Positions 19,148-29,486 are shown, counted from the stretch's first letter. The stretch: DNA of 64,000 nt from an uncultured Alphaproteobacteria bacterium (GCA_963816815.1 CAWFMW010000013.1:85502-149501); one strand, 5' to 3'. Notes: generated from the sequence alone by a model not told the origin. A program made the numbers and translations.

Positions 19148-20545
19148 ATGAACGCCAATCTGGCAGCAGTTCTTTATCTCGTGGCAGGTGTGCTGTTCAT
19201 CCTGTCGCTGCGCGGCCTGTCTAGTCCGGCGTCGTCCCGCCAGGGCAATCTGTTCGGCATGGTCGGCATGGCGATCGCGGTCGCCACCACGCTCGCCAGT
19301 CATCCGCCGGCGGACGGCATCGCCTGGGTGCTGGTTATCCTCGGTATTGCCATCGGTGGCGGTATCGGTGCCGTGATCGCCCGCCGGGTGCCGATGACCT
19401 CGATGCCGGAACTGGTCGCCGCCTTCCACTCGCTGGTTGGCATGGCCGCGGTGCTGGTCGCCGCCGGTGCGTTCTATGCGCCCGAAGCCTTCGACATCGG
19501 CAAGCCCGGCGCCATTCACGGCGCGAGTCTCGTCGAAATGTCGCTCGGCGTCGCCATCGGCGCGCTGACCTTCACCGGCTCGGTGATCGCGTTCCTGAAG
19601 TTGTCGGCGCGCATGAGCGGTGCACCGATCATCCTGCCGTTCCGTCACGTCATCAACATCGTGCTCGCGCTCGCGCTGGTGTTCTTCATCGTCGGTCTGG
19701 TGATGTCGGGCAGCGCGCTCGACTTCTGGCTGATCACCATCATCGCGCTGGTGCTCGGCGTGCTGATGATCATCCCGATCGGCGGCGCCGACATGCCGGT
19801 CGTGATCTCGATGCTGAACTCCTATTCTGGCTGGGCCGCCGCCGGCATCGGCTTCACACTCGGTAATTCGGCGCTGATCGTCACCGGCGCGCTGGTCGGC
19901 TCCTCGGGCGCGATCCTGTCCTACATCATGTGCCACGCGATGAACCGCTCCTTCATCTCGGTCATCCTCGGCGGCTTCGGCGGCGAGACGGCGGCCGCAG
20001 GTAGCGGCACCGGCGAGCAGAAGCCTGTCAAACTCGGTTCGGCAGATGACGCGGCGTTCATCATGAAGAACGCGCAGAAGGTGATCATCGTGCCCGGCTA
20101 CGGTATGGCGGTGGCGCAGGCCCAGCACGCGTTGCGCGAGATGGGCGACCTTCTGAAGAAGGAGGGCGTCGAGGTGAAGTACGCCATTCACCCGGTCGCC
20201 GGCCGCATGCCCGGCCACATGAACGTGCTGCTGGCGGAAGCCAACGTGCCCTACGACGAGGTGTTCGAACTCGAGGACATCAACTCCGAATTCGCGCAGG
20301 CCGACATCGCCTTCGTGATCGGCGCCAATGACGTCACCAACCCGGCCGCGGAAGACGACAAGACCTCGCCGATCTACGGCATGCCGGTGCTGCAGGTCTG
20401 GAAGGCCGGCACCGTGATGTTCATCAAGCGCTCGCTGGCCTCGGGCTATGCCGGCATCGACAACCCGCTGTTCTACCGCGACAACACCATGATGCTGCTC
20501 GGCGACGCCAAGAAGGTCACCGAGAGCATCGTCAAGGGAATGTAA
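19148..20545 (+). CDS. pntB: NAD(P) transhydrogenase subunit beta
   Basis: IGGADMPVVISMLNSYSG, PGYGMAVAQAQH and HPVAGRMPGHMNVLLAEA. Confidence 0.97.
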   Translation: MNANLAAVLYLVAGVLFILSLRGLSSPASSRQGNLFGMVGMAIAVATTLASHPPADGIAWVLVILGIAIGGGIGAVIARRVPMTSMPELVAAFHSLVGMAAVLVAAGAFYAPEAFDIGKPGAIHGASLVEMSLGVAIGALTFTGSVIAFLKLSARMSGAPIILPFRHVINIVLALALVFFIVGLVMSGSALDFWLITIIALVLGVLMIIPIGGADMPVVISMLNSYSGWAAAGIGFTLGNSALIVTGALVGSSGAILSYIMCHAMNRSFISVILGGFGGETAAAGSGTGEQKPVKLGSADDAAFIMKNAQKVIIVPGYGMAVAQAQHALREMGDLLKKEGVEVKYAIHPVAGRMPGHMNVLLAEANVPYDEVFELEDINSEFAQADIAFVIGANDVTNPAAEDDKTSPIYGMPVLQVWKAGTVMFIKRSLASGYAGIDNPLFYRDNTMMLLGDAKKVTESIVKGM

Positions 20546-20563
20546 CGCGGTCGCGGGAAATTC

Positions 20564-21370
20564 ATGACTGTACTGAAATGGCTGCTGATCGTCGTCTCAG
20601 TCGGTTATGTCGGTGGTCTGCTCGCCCTGTTCTTCGGGCAGCGCGCCGTCCTGTTTCCGGCCCCGACGACTGCGCGTACCACGCCGCCAGCGGCCGGCTT
20701 CCCGGAAGCCGAAGAGCATATCCTGACGACGGCGGACGGTGAGAAGGTCATCGTCTGGCATGTTCCGCCCAGGCCGGGCCGTCCGGTCGTGCTCTATTTC
20801 CACGGCAATGGGGATTATCTTGCCGGTTTCTTCGGCCGCTTTCGCAGCATCATCGCCGACGGCACCGGGGTCATCGCATTGTCCTATCGCGGCTATGCGG
20901 GCTCAACCGGGAAACCGAGCGAGCACGGATTGTTGCAGGACGCAGCTGCCGCCTATGCCTTCGCGATCGCGCGCTATCGAGGCGACAACATCGTCGTATG
21001 GGGCTTTTCGCTCGGCACCGGCGTAGCGGTGGCGCTTGCTGCTGAGCAGCGGATCGGGAGGTTGATCCTGGAAGCGCCCTATACGTCGATCGCCGATGTC
21101 GCCGCGGCGGCGTTCTGGTTTGCGCCGGTGCGTCTGTTGATACGCGATCAGTTCCGTTCCGACGCGCAGATCGCGCGCGTCAAGGTTCCGCTGCTGGTCA
21201 TGCACGGCGCGCTCGATCCCGCGATACCCGTTGCTTTTGGCGAACGGCTGTTTGCGCTGGCGAACGAGCCGAAACGGTTTGTCCGCCTTGCCCGGGGCAG
21301 TCATAACGATCTGGATAATTTCGGCGGCATTGAAATTGCGCGAAATTTCATCAACCTTGCGAAGGGGTGA
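20564..21370 (+). CDS. Alpha/beta hydrolase (Bem46/ABHD13-like)
   Basis: YFHGNG, YRGYAGS, GFSLG nucleophile elbow and HGALD...SHND. Confidence 0.88.
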   Translation: MTVLKWLLIVVSVGYVGGLLALFFGQRAVLFPAPTTARTTPPAAGFPEAEEHILTTADGEKVIVWHVPPRPGRPVVLYFHGNGDYLAGFFGRFRSIIADGTGVIALSYRGYAGSTGKPSEHGLLQDAAAAYAFAIARYRGDNIVVWGFSLGTGVAVALAAEQRIGRLILEAPYTSIADVAAAAFWFAPVRLLIRDQFRSDAQIARVKVPLLVMHGALDPAIPVAFGERLFALANEPKRFVRLARGSHNDLDNFGGIEIARNFINLAKG

Positions 21371-21425
21371 TGGCGGCTTTTGATGGGCGCATCCTGCGTC
21401 CACCAACCTGTTGGGACTTGACCGC

Positions 21426-22523
21426 ATGAGCGCACACGGACCGATGCCGCGATCGGCCTGGATATTCCCGGCGCTGGCGGTTCTGCTGTTTGCCGCGGCC
21501 ACCGGCCTCGGGCTCAGCTTTACGCCGTCAGTCGGTGGGCTCTTGTTCGCGGTGGTGCTGCTGTCGATCCTGTTCGGCACCGTGTTCGCGGCCGTGCATC
21601 ATGCCGAGGTGATCGCCGAGCGAATCGGCGAACCCTACGGCACGCTGCTGTTGACGCTTGCGGTCACCATCATCGAGGTCGCGCTGATCGCCACCATCAT
21701 GCTCGGCGAAAAGCCGCAGCCGGCATTGGCGCGCGACACCGTGTTTGCCGTGGTGATGATCGTGTGCAACGGCCTTGTCGGGCTCTGTATCTTCATTGGC
21801 GGTCTGCGCTACCGCGAGCAGGATTTTCAGGTCTCGGGCGCGAACCTCTATCTCAGCGTGCTGTTCGTGCTGGCTACGATTACGTTGATCATGCCCAATT
21901 ATTCGCTAACCACGCCGGGGCCGGTCTATTCGGCGGCGCAGCTTGGCTTTGTGGACCTGGTCACGCTCATGCTCTACGCCGTGTTCCTTTATACCCAGAC
22001 GATCCGGCATAGTGACTACTTCGTCAAGGGAGGCGCCGGTGCAGCCGCGGAAACGTCATCCCTGTCGAACCGGATGCTGGCGCTCAGCATCGCGCTGCTG
22101 CTTGTCTCCTTGCTTGCCGTGGTGCTTCTGGCGAAGAAATTTTCGCTCATGGTCGATGTCGTGACCGCGATGATCGGCGCTCCACCGGCGTTCGCCGGCG
22201 TGCTGGTCGCGCTGCTGATTCTGCTCCCGGAAGGCGTCACCGCCATTGCAGCTGCACGCAACAACGATCTGCAGAAGAGCATCAATCTGGCGCTCGGATC
22301 GTCGCTGGCGACCATAGGGCTGACCATTCCAGCGGTCGGCGTGGCCACCTATGCGCTCGACAAGGAACTCGTGCTCGGGCTCAACGGTCAGGGTATGGTG
22401 TTGCTGCTGCTCACGTTCTTCCTGAGCATTCTCACCTTCGGCACCGGCCGAACCAACATCCTGTTCGGGCTGGTACATATGGTGGTGTTTGCCGTGTTCG
22501 TGTTCATGGTATTCGTGCCGTAA
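21426..22523 (+). CDS. chaA: Ca2+(Na+)/H+ antiporter, ChaA type
   Basis: HAEVIAERIGEPYGTLLLTLAVTIIEV and LLPEG...SINLALGSSLATIGLTIP. Confidence 0.88.
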   Translation: MSAHGPMPRSAWIFPALAVLLFAAATGLGLSFTPSVGGLLFAVVLLSILFGTVFAAVHHAEVIAERIGEPYGTLLLTLAVTIIEVALIATIMLGEKPQPALARDTVFAVVMIVCNGLVGLCIFIGGLRYREQDFQVSGANLYLSVLFVLATITLIMPNYSLTTPGPVYSAAQLGFVDLVTLMLYAVFLYTQTIRHSDYFVKGGAGAAAETSSLSNRMLALSIALLLVSLLAVVLLAKKFSLMVDVVTAMIGAPPAFAGVLVALLILLPEGVTAIAAARNNDLQKSINLALGSSLATIGLTIPAVGVATYALDKELVLGLNGQGMVLLLLTFFLSILTFGTGRTNILFGLVHMVVFAVFVFMVFVP

Positions 22524-22545
22524 ATCCCTCTGGAGTGAACCCGAT

Positions 22546-22830
22546 ATGCTCGCCGCCAAATCCGATGTTCAGGTCGACACCCCCGAAGTCCGCGTCACCG
22601 AATGGCGGCTGGCGCCGGGCAGCGCCACCGGCCATCACACCCACGGGATGGACTATGTGATCGTACCGGTGACCTCGGGCGAGATGACCATCGTCGCGCC
22701 GAACGGAGAGCGCACCAAGGCGCAGCTCGGCGTGGGCAAATCCTATTTCCGGAAAGCCGGCGTCGAGCACGACGTGCTGAACGAGACGGCAGCCGAGATC
22801 GTGTTTCTTGAGGTCGAACTGAAGCCCTGA
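22546..22830 (+). CDS. Cupin domain protein
   Basis: ATGHHTHGMDY...GVEHDVLN cupin motifs. Confidence 0.85.
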   Translation: MLAAKSDVQVDTPEVRVTEWRLAPGSATGHHTHGMDYVIVPVTSGEMTIVAPNGERTKAQLGVGKSYFRKAGVEHDVLNETAAEIVFLEVELKP

Positions 22831-22889
22831 CCTACCCTGGCCTCGGGTCCCTGGCTGCTTTCGGAGCCCGCCCTATGGCCCTGGATTAG

Positions 22890-22906
22890 TTAGGAAATTT
22901 TTAACC
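22890..22906. promoter_or_regulatory. CtrA-like site (TTAG-N7-TTAACC)
   Basis: ttag-gaaattt-ttaacc, one mismatch to consensus, ~125 bp upstream of CDS 23028. Confidence 0.5.
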
Positions 22907-23027
22907 GAGCCGAGCCGGACGCGCCCGGCCTGCACGGGAACTGCTGAATTGCCACCGATCCGTCGCAGTTGATCCCTCAATGTGCCTCAAAGTTCCTGCA
23001 ATTGGGGGACCGCGGGGAGTGGCCGGA

Positions 23028-24032
23028 ATGCTGAATTACCTGAAGAAATTTGCGGTGGACATCTTCCCCTCGGTGGCCGCGACGGTCATCGGGGCGTACA
23101 TCGTCAACCACTACATCGTGAGCAAGCCCGCTACCGACGCTCCTTCCGCTGCGGCGTCGACTGCCAATCCCAAGGGGGAAGACAAGGCTGAAGCCAAATC
23201 CGATGCCAAGCCGGCCGAGACCACGGCCAGTGTCAGCAATCTTCCGGCTGCCGGCGTCAAGGCCAAGGGAATCTCCGAAAAAGCCATCAAGGAGAAGACC
23301 GCTGCCGAACGGCCGGCGGCGGTCGAGAAGGCCCAGGGAAAGACTGAAGCCAAAACCGACGAGAAAGCCGAAGCCAAGGCTGATGTCAAAGCTGACGGCA
23401 AGTCCGCCGATGCCAAATCTGTCGATGCCAAATCTGTCGATGCGAAGTTGACTGAGACCAAGTCCGAAAAGATCCGAGTCATACTGCCGTCACCCATTCA
23501 GGCCGTGCAGTCCTCGGCCGCTCCCGTCACGGCTGCTGCGCCAGCCGCTCCGGTCGCGGTTGCCGCGCCGGCTGCTCCGGTCGAAGCCGCTCCGGTTGTG
23601 CCAGCAGAGGAGCGCCGCGATGCCAACGAACTGGCGCGCGCCGCGATCGAGCGCCTGCGCGCTAACGGCGAAACGTCTCCGCGGACGCCCGAGCCGGCTC
23701 GTGCCCATGAGGCGTCCAAAGTCGCAACTGCGCCCATCGTCACGAACGCGCCTGCTGCCGTCCCCGCGCTTCGTCCGCTGCCGCCGCCGATCATGATTTC
23801 GGGCTCGCCAGCAGCCGAACCCACTGGTCAGGCTCCGTCGCAGCCGCGGCCGCCTTATGCCGAGGCCGCTAACCCGAACCGGCCGATCCCGCCCGCCGAT
23901 ATTCCGGTCTCGCGTCCGCTCGATCTGCGTGCCGAAATGGCCGAGCCTTCCGTGCGCGAACGCGCCACGGCGGCGGCCGAGGACGCGATGTCGACGGCGA
24001 AGTCGATCTTCCACGCGGTGCTGCCGAAATAA
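23028..24032 (+). CDS. Hypothetical protein with N-terminal TM anchor and Ala/Lys/Pro-rich disordered body
   Basis: DIFPSVAATVIGAYIVNHYI anchor; internal 15-bp tandem repeat at 23408-23443 encoding DAKSV units. Confidence 0.8.
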   Translation: MLNYLKKFAVDIFPSVAATVIGAYIVNHYIVSKPATDAPSAAASTANPKGEDKAEAKSDAKPAETTASVSNLPAAGVKAKGISEKAIKEKTAAERPAAVEKAQGKTEAKTDEKAEAKADVKADGKSADAKSVDAKSVDAKLTETKSEKIRVILPSPIQAVQSSAAPVTAAAPAAPVAVAAPAAPVEAAPVVPAEERRDANELARAAIERLRANGETSPRTPEPARAHEASKVATAPIVTNAPAAVPALRPLPPPIMISGSPAAEPTGQAPSQPRPPYAEAANPNRPIPPADIPVSRPLDLRAEMAEPSVRERATAAAEDAMSTAKSIFHAVLPK

Positions 24033-24041
24033 TTCAATCCG

Positions 24042-24092
24042 TAGCGTTTTCGAGCGAAGTGGTTTCCGGTTCGCGTAAAGAAAACGCGTCAA
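24042..24092. repeat. Rhizobiales intergenic repeat (RIME/Bru-RS-like family)
   Basis: agcgttttcgagcgaagtggtttccggttcgcgtaaagaaaacgcgtcaa, with gcgttttc/gaaaacgc inverted ends; family name from recall. Confidence 0.7.
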
Positions 24093-24102
24093 TATTAAAG
24101 CT

Positions 24103-24747
24103 TTAGCCGCCGGTGCGCGACAGGCCGCTTCGCGCGGCTTCATCCCTGGGACGGAGCGCGAGCGCGCGGCTGTAGGAGGCGAACGCCTTGGCCTTGTCGC
24201 CCAGGCGTTCATAGGTGACGCCGCGTGCCGACCAGGCTTGCGCGCTGTTGGGGTCGGCCAGCACCGCCTCGTCGAGATCTGAAGCGGCTTCCTTTGTCCT
24301 GTCGATGGCAAGGTAGCTGGTTGCACGCGCCAGCAGGGGCTCGACCCGTTGCGGCGTCAGGCCGTTGGCTGCGGTGAAATCCGCGATCGCCTGCTCATGC
24401 TGCTTGTCGGCCTGATAGATCAGCCCGCGGCCGTACAGGGCCTGCACGTTGTAGGGATCGAGTGTGAGCGCGCGGGCGAATTCCGCCAGCGCTTCTTCGC
24501 TCTTGCCGGATTTGGCGAGCGCCTGGCCGCGCGCAGCGTAGCCTTGGGCATCGCTGGTGCTTGGTCCGCTGATCGTGCCGGTCGGTTTCTGCTCGACGGC
24601 CTGCGGTTTCTCCTTGTCCGATCCCCACGATCCCAGGTCGAACGAACAGCCGCCGAGAGGAAAGGTGAGAACGATCGCCAGTAGCGCGATCGGTACCGCC
24701 ATGAAGCGCGAAGCGCAGGGAAGGGCGTTGCAATCCGTAACGGCCAT
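24103..24747 (-). CDS. TPR-repeat lipoprotein
   Basis: Lipobox-like LGGC after a hydrophobic stretch; repeated TPR helices (ALYGRG, AWSARG); start uncertain. Confidence 0.82.
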   Translation of the reverse strand: MAVTDCNALPCASRFMAVPIALLAIVLTFPLGGCSFDLGSWGSDKEKPQAVEQKPTGTISGPSTSDAQGYAARGQALAKSGKSEEALAEFARALTLDPYNVQALYGRGLIYQADKQHEQAIADFTAANGLTPQRVEPLLARATSYLAIDRTKEAASDLDEAVLADPNSAQAWSARGVTYERLGDKAKAFASYSRALALRPRDEAARSGLSRTGG

Positions 24748-24911
24748 GCAGCGGAATTCTCTTCGCTTGTCCAGGACCGAATAGGTAACCCGCGGAGCGG
24801 CAAAATGCATCGGCCAAAATAGCTAGGCCAAAGGAGATGTCGTTGATCGAACTCGCTAGCGCGTGCCGGCGCCGACCGCCCGTTACCGCCGCATCTGCAA
24901 TGGCGAAAACA

Positions 24912-24938
24912 AAAACGCGGGCCCAAGGCCCGCGTTTT
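24912..24938. terminator. Bidirectional intrinsic terminator downstream of rpsU
   Basis: aaaacgcgggcc-caa-ggcccgcgtttt perfect hairpin with A and T tails. Confidence 0.85.
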
Positions 24939-24960
24939 CAATTCAAAGCTGCGGATGCGC

Positions 24961-25266
24961 TCAGCGCGGTCCGCGCGGACCTGCGCCCGGGCCACCACGG
25001 CCGCCGGCGCCACCACGGTCGCCACCGGGACCGGCGCCGAACACCGGCTTGGGCTTCATCGGCAGCAGGCCTTCGCGCTGCAGCTTCTTGCGGGCCAGCT
25101 TGCGCGCGCGGCGCACGGCTTCGGCCTTTTCACGGGCCTTCTTCTCAGAGGGCTTTTCGTAATGTCCGCGGAGCTTCATCTCGCGGAAAATTCCCTCGCG
25201 CTGCATCTTCTTCTTCAGCGCCTTGAGGGCTTGATCGACATTGTTATCGCGGACGAGAACCTGCAC
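24961..25266 (-). CDS. rpsU: 30S ribosomal protein S21
   Basis: [43 protein letters not shown]; Gly/Arg-rich tail. Confidence 0.97.
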   Translation of the reverse strand: MQVLVRDNNVDQALKALKKKMQREGIFREMKLRGHYEKPSEKKAREKAEAVRRARKLARKKLQREGLLPMKPKPVFGAGPGGDRGGAGGRGGPGAGPRGPR

Positions 25267-25533
25267 GCGGCATCCTCTTTCAATTGATCGGATTGGAATT
25301 CTGGTAAAGTGAAGGGCCGGCGAAACGCCTGGTCCTTAACCCTGAGCGCGGGCATGTAGCAGACAAAACCGCTGATGTCTACCTGAGAAGGCGGTTTCCG
25401 GGCCGGGCAAGCTGCTAAAATCAGCGGATACGGCCTGTACGGTCCCGGTTTCCTCAAATAACGAGGCCCTCACGGGCCCTTCCTTAGCGTACAGTTGCGA
25501 AAAACAACGACGCAAAACATGAGGGAGGCGGGT

Positions 25534-26256
25534 ATGAACACGAAAAAGTATGTCGCCGAGGCGATCGGTACGTTCTGGCTCACTTTTGCTGGATGCGGCA
25601 GCGCGGTCATCGCCGCCGGTTTTCCGCAGGTCGGTATCGGCCTGGTCGGCGTGTCGCTGGCATTCGGCCTGAGCGTCGTGACCATGGCCTATGCGATCGG
25701 CCACATCTCCGGCTGCCATCTCAACCCCGCCGTCACGGTCGGTCTCGCAGCGGGCGGACGCTTTCCGGCCGGTCAGATCCTGCCTTACATCATCGCGCAG
25801 GTAATCGGTGCGATCGTTGCCGCGGCGCTGCTTTACGTGATCGCAAGCGGCGCGCCCGGGTTCGATGTCAGCAAGGGCTTTGCCTCCAACGGCTATGACG
25901 CGCATTCGCCCGGGCAATACAACATGATGGTCTGCTTCATCACCGAGGTGGTGATGACCATGATGTTCCTGTTCATCATCATGGGCGCCACCCACGGCAA
26001 GGCGCCTGCGGGCTTTGCGCCGCTCGCCATCGGATTGGCGCTGGTGATGATCCATCTCGTCAGCATTCCCGTCACCAACACGTCGGTGAACCCGGCGCGC
26101 AGCACCGGGCCGGCGTTGTTCGTCGGCGGCTGGGCGCTGGCGCAGCTCTGGCTGTTCTGGGTTGCGCCGCTGATCGGCGGTGCGCTCGGGGGCACGATCT
26201 ACCGCTGGCTCAGCGAGGAGCCCGACGGCGTCGTGGAAGGCCTGAAGCGGGCCTGA
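25534..26256 (+). CDS. aqpZ: Aquaporin Z
   Basis: Two NPA motifs ([14 protein letters not shown]); start MNTKKY after GGAGG. Confidence 0.96.
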   Translation: MNTKKYVAEAIGTFWLTFAGCGSAVIAAGFPQVGIGLVGVSLAFGLSVVTMAYAIGHISGCHLNPAVTVGLAAGGRFPAGQILPYIIAQVIGAIVAAALLYVIASGAPGFDVSKGFASNGYDAHSPGQYNMMVCFITEVVMTMMFLFIIMGATHGKAPAGFAPLAIGLALVMIHLVSIPVTNTSVNPARSTGPALFVGGWALAQLWLFWVAPLIGGALGGTIYRWLSEEPDGVVEGLKRA

Positions 26257-26289
26257 CCTGCAAGCGCGCCGAGGGTACGGGCAAGCACG

Positions 26290-27393
26290 CTATTTCTTGC
26301 TTGCCGGGGCCACTTCGGTGACATGGCCCATCTTGCGGCCCGGCCGCGGCGCGCCCTTGCCGTAGAGGTGAACGGTGGCGCCGGGGACCGTCAGCCATTG
26401 CTCGTAGCTCAGGATATCGTCGCCGATCAGGTTGGTCATGGTGACCTCGCCGTGGCGAATCGGCTTGCCGAGCGGCCAGCCGGCGATCGCCCTGATGTGC
26501 TGCTCGAACTGCGAGATCGAGGCGCCGTCCAGCGTCCAGTGCCCGGAATTATGCACCCGCGGCGCAATCTCGTTGACCAGCACATGCGGCCCGCCGTTTC
26601 CGGCAACGACGAACAGCTCGACCGCGAGCACGCCGACATAGTCCAGGGCGTTGGCGATCTTCTCGGCGACGGCGCGCGCGTCGGCGGCCAGCGCCTCCGA
26701 TATCGCGGCCGGCACGCGCGAAAACTTCAGGATGTGATCGCGGTGTTCGTTTTCGGTGACGTCGTAGCATTCGACCTCGCCGTCGGCCGAACGCGCGGCG
26801 ATCACGGAGATCTCGCGCTCGAAGGGAACGAAGGCTTCGAGGATCGCGGATTTGGTGCCGAGGTCTTCCCAGACTTGCGCCGGATCGTCGCCCTCGCGGA
26901 TGATCGCCTGGCCCTTGCCGTCATAGCCGAAGCGGCGAGTCTTGATCACGGCGGGAAGGCCGATGCGCGCGATTGCCGCCTGCAGGGTTTCCACCGACGA
27001 CACGTCGGCATAGTCGGCGGTGCCGATGCCGAGCCGTTTGACGAAGTCCTTTTCGATCAGCCGGTCCTGCGTGGTCTCCAGGATCTTCTGCGCCGGCAGC
27101 ACGGGACGCCGCGCCGCCAGCACCATGGCGGTGGCAGCGGGCACGTTTTCGAATTCATAGGTGATGACGTCGACATCGTTGGCGAACAACTCCAGCGCCT
27201 CGACGTCGGCATATTCGGCGCAGGTCGCGTTCAGCACCACGTCGAAGGCAGGCGAGTCCGGGTCCGGCGAAAACACCTGGCATCTGAGGCCAAGGCGCGC
27301 CGCCGCCATGGCGAGCATCCGGCCCAATTGTCCGCCGCCGAGAATTCCGATGGTGTCGCCCGGCTTCAGCTTCACCTTGCCTGAAGCGGTCAC
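26290..27393 (-). CDS. purK: N5-carboxyaminoimidazole ribonucleotide synthase
   Basis: [28 protein letters not shown] and RPGRKMGH. Confidence 0.97.
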   Translation of the reverse strand: MTASGKVKLKPGDTIGILGGGQLGRMLAMAAARLGLRCQVFSPDPDSPAFDVVLNATCAEYADVEALELFANDVDVITYEFENVPAATAMVLAARRPVLPAQKILETTQDRLIEKDFVKRLGIGTADYADVSSVETLQAAIARIGLPAVIKTRRFGYDGKGQAIIREGDDPAQVWEDLGTKSAILEAFVPFEREISVIAARSADGEVECYDVTENEHRDHILKFSRVPAAISEALAADARAVAEKIANALDYVGVLAVELFVVAGNGGPHVLVNEIAPRVHNSGHWTLDGASISQFEQHIRAIAGWPLGKPIRHGEVTMTNLIGDDILSYEQWLTVPGATVHLYGKGAPRPGRKMGHVTEVAPASKK

Positions 27394-27878
27394 GCCGATC
27401 CCTCCGGGCGCTCCTTGACCGCGTCCGTCTGCTGCTTGCGCCAGGCCGCCAAGCGCTTGGCCAGCGCCGCGTCGTTCAGCGCGAGCACGCTTGCCGCGAG
27501 CAGCGCGGCGTTGATCGCGCCGGCCTTTCCGATCGCCAGCGTGCCGACGGGAACGCCGGCCGGCATCTGCACGATCGAGTACAGCGAATCGAGTCCCGAC
27601 AGCGCCTTGGATTCGACGGGAACGCCAAACACCGGGAGTTCCGTCAACGCCGCCGCCATGCCCGGCAGATGGGCTGCCCCGCCGGCGCCGGCGATGATGA
27701 CCTTGAAGCCTGCGGCTTTGGCGCCCTTGGCAAAAGCGAACAGCCGGTCCGGGGTCCGGTGGGCCGAGACGATGCGCTTTTCGCAGTCGATCCCGAGCGC
27801 CACCAGCGTCTCGGCGGTGTGGCGCATGGTCTCCCAGTCGGACTGGCTGCCCATGATGATGGCGACGGGTGCGGTCAT
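27390..27878 (-). CDS. purE: N5-CAIR mutase
   Basis: [26 protein letters not shown] and [11 protein letters not shown]. Confidence 0.97.
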   Translation of the reverse strand: MTAPVAIIMGSQSDWETMRHTAETLVALGIDCEKRIVSAHRTPDRLFAFAKGAKAAGFKVIIAGAGGAAHLPGMAAALTELPVFGVPVESKALSGLDSLYSIVQMPAGVPVGTLAIGKAGAINAALLAASVLALNDAALAKRLAAWRKQQTDAVKERPEGSA

Positions 27879-28030
27879 CTCGTCAATTCTGTTCGGGAAT
27901 CCAAAAACATAGGCCGGATTATAGGGGCGGCCCGCGGCTCATCCAAGGCGTGGCAAGGGATTACGAATGGACTATCCTGTCTTGGTGAATCCCGGCAAGC
28001 CTTGATAAGCGAGCCTGCACAGGGAAGGCC

Positions 28031-28717
28031 ATGAAGAAGAAAACCAGGGCGACGGCGTCCAGGGCCGGAAAACGTCCCAAAAGCGCGGCTTCCGGGCGAA
28101 AAACCGCGCCGCGGCGGTCATCCGCCCCGGGGTCCCGGCCGCCGGCGGTGTCCAACGGCGCCAAGGCGACGATTCGCCGGCTGAAGGCGCAACTGGCCCA
28201 GACCCAGGCGCAGATCGAGGAACTTCAGGCCTCCGCCGATACCGACTTCCTGCTGGGCATTCCGAACCGGCGCGGCTTCGAGCGCGAGCTCAATCGCGCG
28301 ATCGCCTACATCAAGCGCTATCGCGCCGGCGGCGCGCTGGTCGTACTCGACGTCGATCGTCTAAAGCCGATCAACGACGCCTTCGGACACGCCGCAGGCG
28401 ACCAGGTGCTCAAGGCCATCGTCGCGACGCTGCTCGCACAGGTGCGCGCTTCCGACGTGGTCGGCCGGCTCGGCGGCGATGAGTTCGCGCTGCTGTTGTG
28501 GAATCTCAGCGAGACCGACGCTCACGCCAAGGCGGCCGCGCTGGAGGAAGCAATCGATCGCCTCACCTTCGTGTTCGATGGCCGCACCATTGCCGCGGGC
28601 GCCTCCGCGGGCGTCACCCTTCTCGATACCCACTCCGAAGCGGGCCGCGCGCTGGAAGCAGCCGACAGTGCCATGTATGTGCGCAAGGCGCTGCGGCGGC
28701 ACGAGGCGTCGTCGTGA
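28031..28717 (+). CDS. Diguanylate cyclase (coiled coil plus GGDEF)
   Basis: RLGGDEF active site with RASD I-site; NDAFGHAAGD. Confidence 0.92.
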   Translation: MKKKTRATASRAGKRPKSAASGRKTAPRRSSAPGSRPPAVSNGAKATIRRLKAQLAQTQAQIEELQASADTDFLLGIPNRRGFERELNRAIAYIKRYRAGGALVVLDVDRLKPINDAFGHAAGDQVLKAIVATLLAQVRASDVVGRLGGDEFALLLWNLSETDAHAKAAALEEAIDRLTFVFDGRTIAAGASAGVTLLDTHSEAGRALEAADSAMYVRKALRRHEASS

Positions 28718-28723
28718 AGCATT

Positions 28724-28779
28724 CGTCATTGCGAGCCATCGGGTCGCGCGAACGCGCGCCCCGGTGGCTCGCAATGACG
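28724..28779. repeat. CGTC-type REP-like hairpin
   Basis: cgtcattgcgagcca...tggctcgcaatgacg inverted repeat. Confidence 0.85.
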
Positions 28780-28782
28780 CGT

Positions 28783-29034
28783 CTACAACCCGCTCAGATC
28801 ATCCGGCACATCGCCGAACTTGCGCAGCAATTTCGCGTCGCCGAATTCGCCCATCATGGGATCGCCGCTGCGGCTGAAGGCGACGGCGCCGATACTGCCG
28901 GCCATTCGCGACATCGTCTCGGCGCGCCGTAACGCGGTCGTCGGGCTCTGGCATTCTTCCGCGGCTCCCGCCATCGGCGTACCGCTATCGTCCTGCAGGA
29001 ATGGCATTGCGACGTAATAAGTGACATCGGCCAT
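28783..29034 (-). CDS. Small hypothetical protein (83 aa)
   Basis: MADVTYYVAMPF...GAVAFSRSGDPMMGEF; GGAG SD; follows CDS 29058-29270 on the same strand. Confidence 0.75.
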   Translation of the reverse strand: MADVTYYVAMPFLQDDSGTPMAGAAEECQSPTTALRRAETMSRMAGSIGAVAFSRSGDPMMGEFGDAKLLRKFGDVPDDLSGL

Positions 29035-29057
29035 TGGCTCGCTCCGGGTTTGATGGA

Positions 29058-29270
29058 TCAGGCAGCGTCGCTCTCCGCATGGGAGGTTCTCGCCGGCACA
29101 CAGCCGGCGGCGATGGCCGCCTGCAATTCCTCCAGTTCGGTTTCCAGATACTCGTTGGCCATGATCAGCGCCTTGATGGTCGAGCGCAGATTGCCGTCGC
29201 ACATCGCGATGGCCTGATCGCAGGCCTGCTCGTAGCGGCTGTTGTCGGACAGGGACGATGTGACGGACAT
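29058..29270 (-). CDS. Small hypothetical helical protein (70 aa)
   Basis: YEQACDQAIAMCDGNLRSTIKALIMANEYLETELEEL; GGGAG SD. Confidence 0.75.
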   Translation of the reverse strand: MSVTSSLSDNSRYEQACDQAIAMCDGNLRSTIKALIMANEYLETELEELQAAIAAGCVPARTSHAESDAA

Positions 29271-29304
29271 GGCGGGACTCCCGAAGCTGGCGGCAGGTCG
29301 ATAT

Positions 29305-29319
29305 GTTCTCTTTTTGTTC
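29305..29319. promoter_or_regulatory. Alphaproteobacterial LexA (SOS) box GTTC-N7-GTTC
   Basis: gttc-tcttttt-gttc; on the minus strand it lies just downstream of a TTGACT -35 (29326-29331), 35 bp before the 29270 start. Confidence 0.8.
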
Positions 29320-29486
29320 TATTGGAGTCAAGCAGCATCCGCCAGGCCGGAGCCTGTTTTTTTCTATCCGTCGCCCCGACAAGATTCTTCGCGGGGGCGG
29401 GACTATGTGGATGTCGGGGAAAAAGGATCTGCCGGAAGGCCGACGATTTCGGCGGACCGAATGGACCGAACGATGCAGCGCAGCGA

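Noticed and set aside
22937-22964. EcfG/sigmaE promoter GGAAC...CGTT
   Set aside because: Spacing to the nearest CGTC/GTT is wrong (19 nt or more instead of 16-17).
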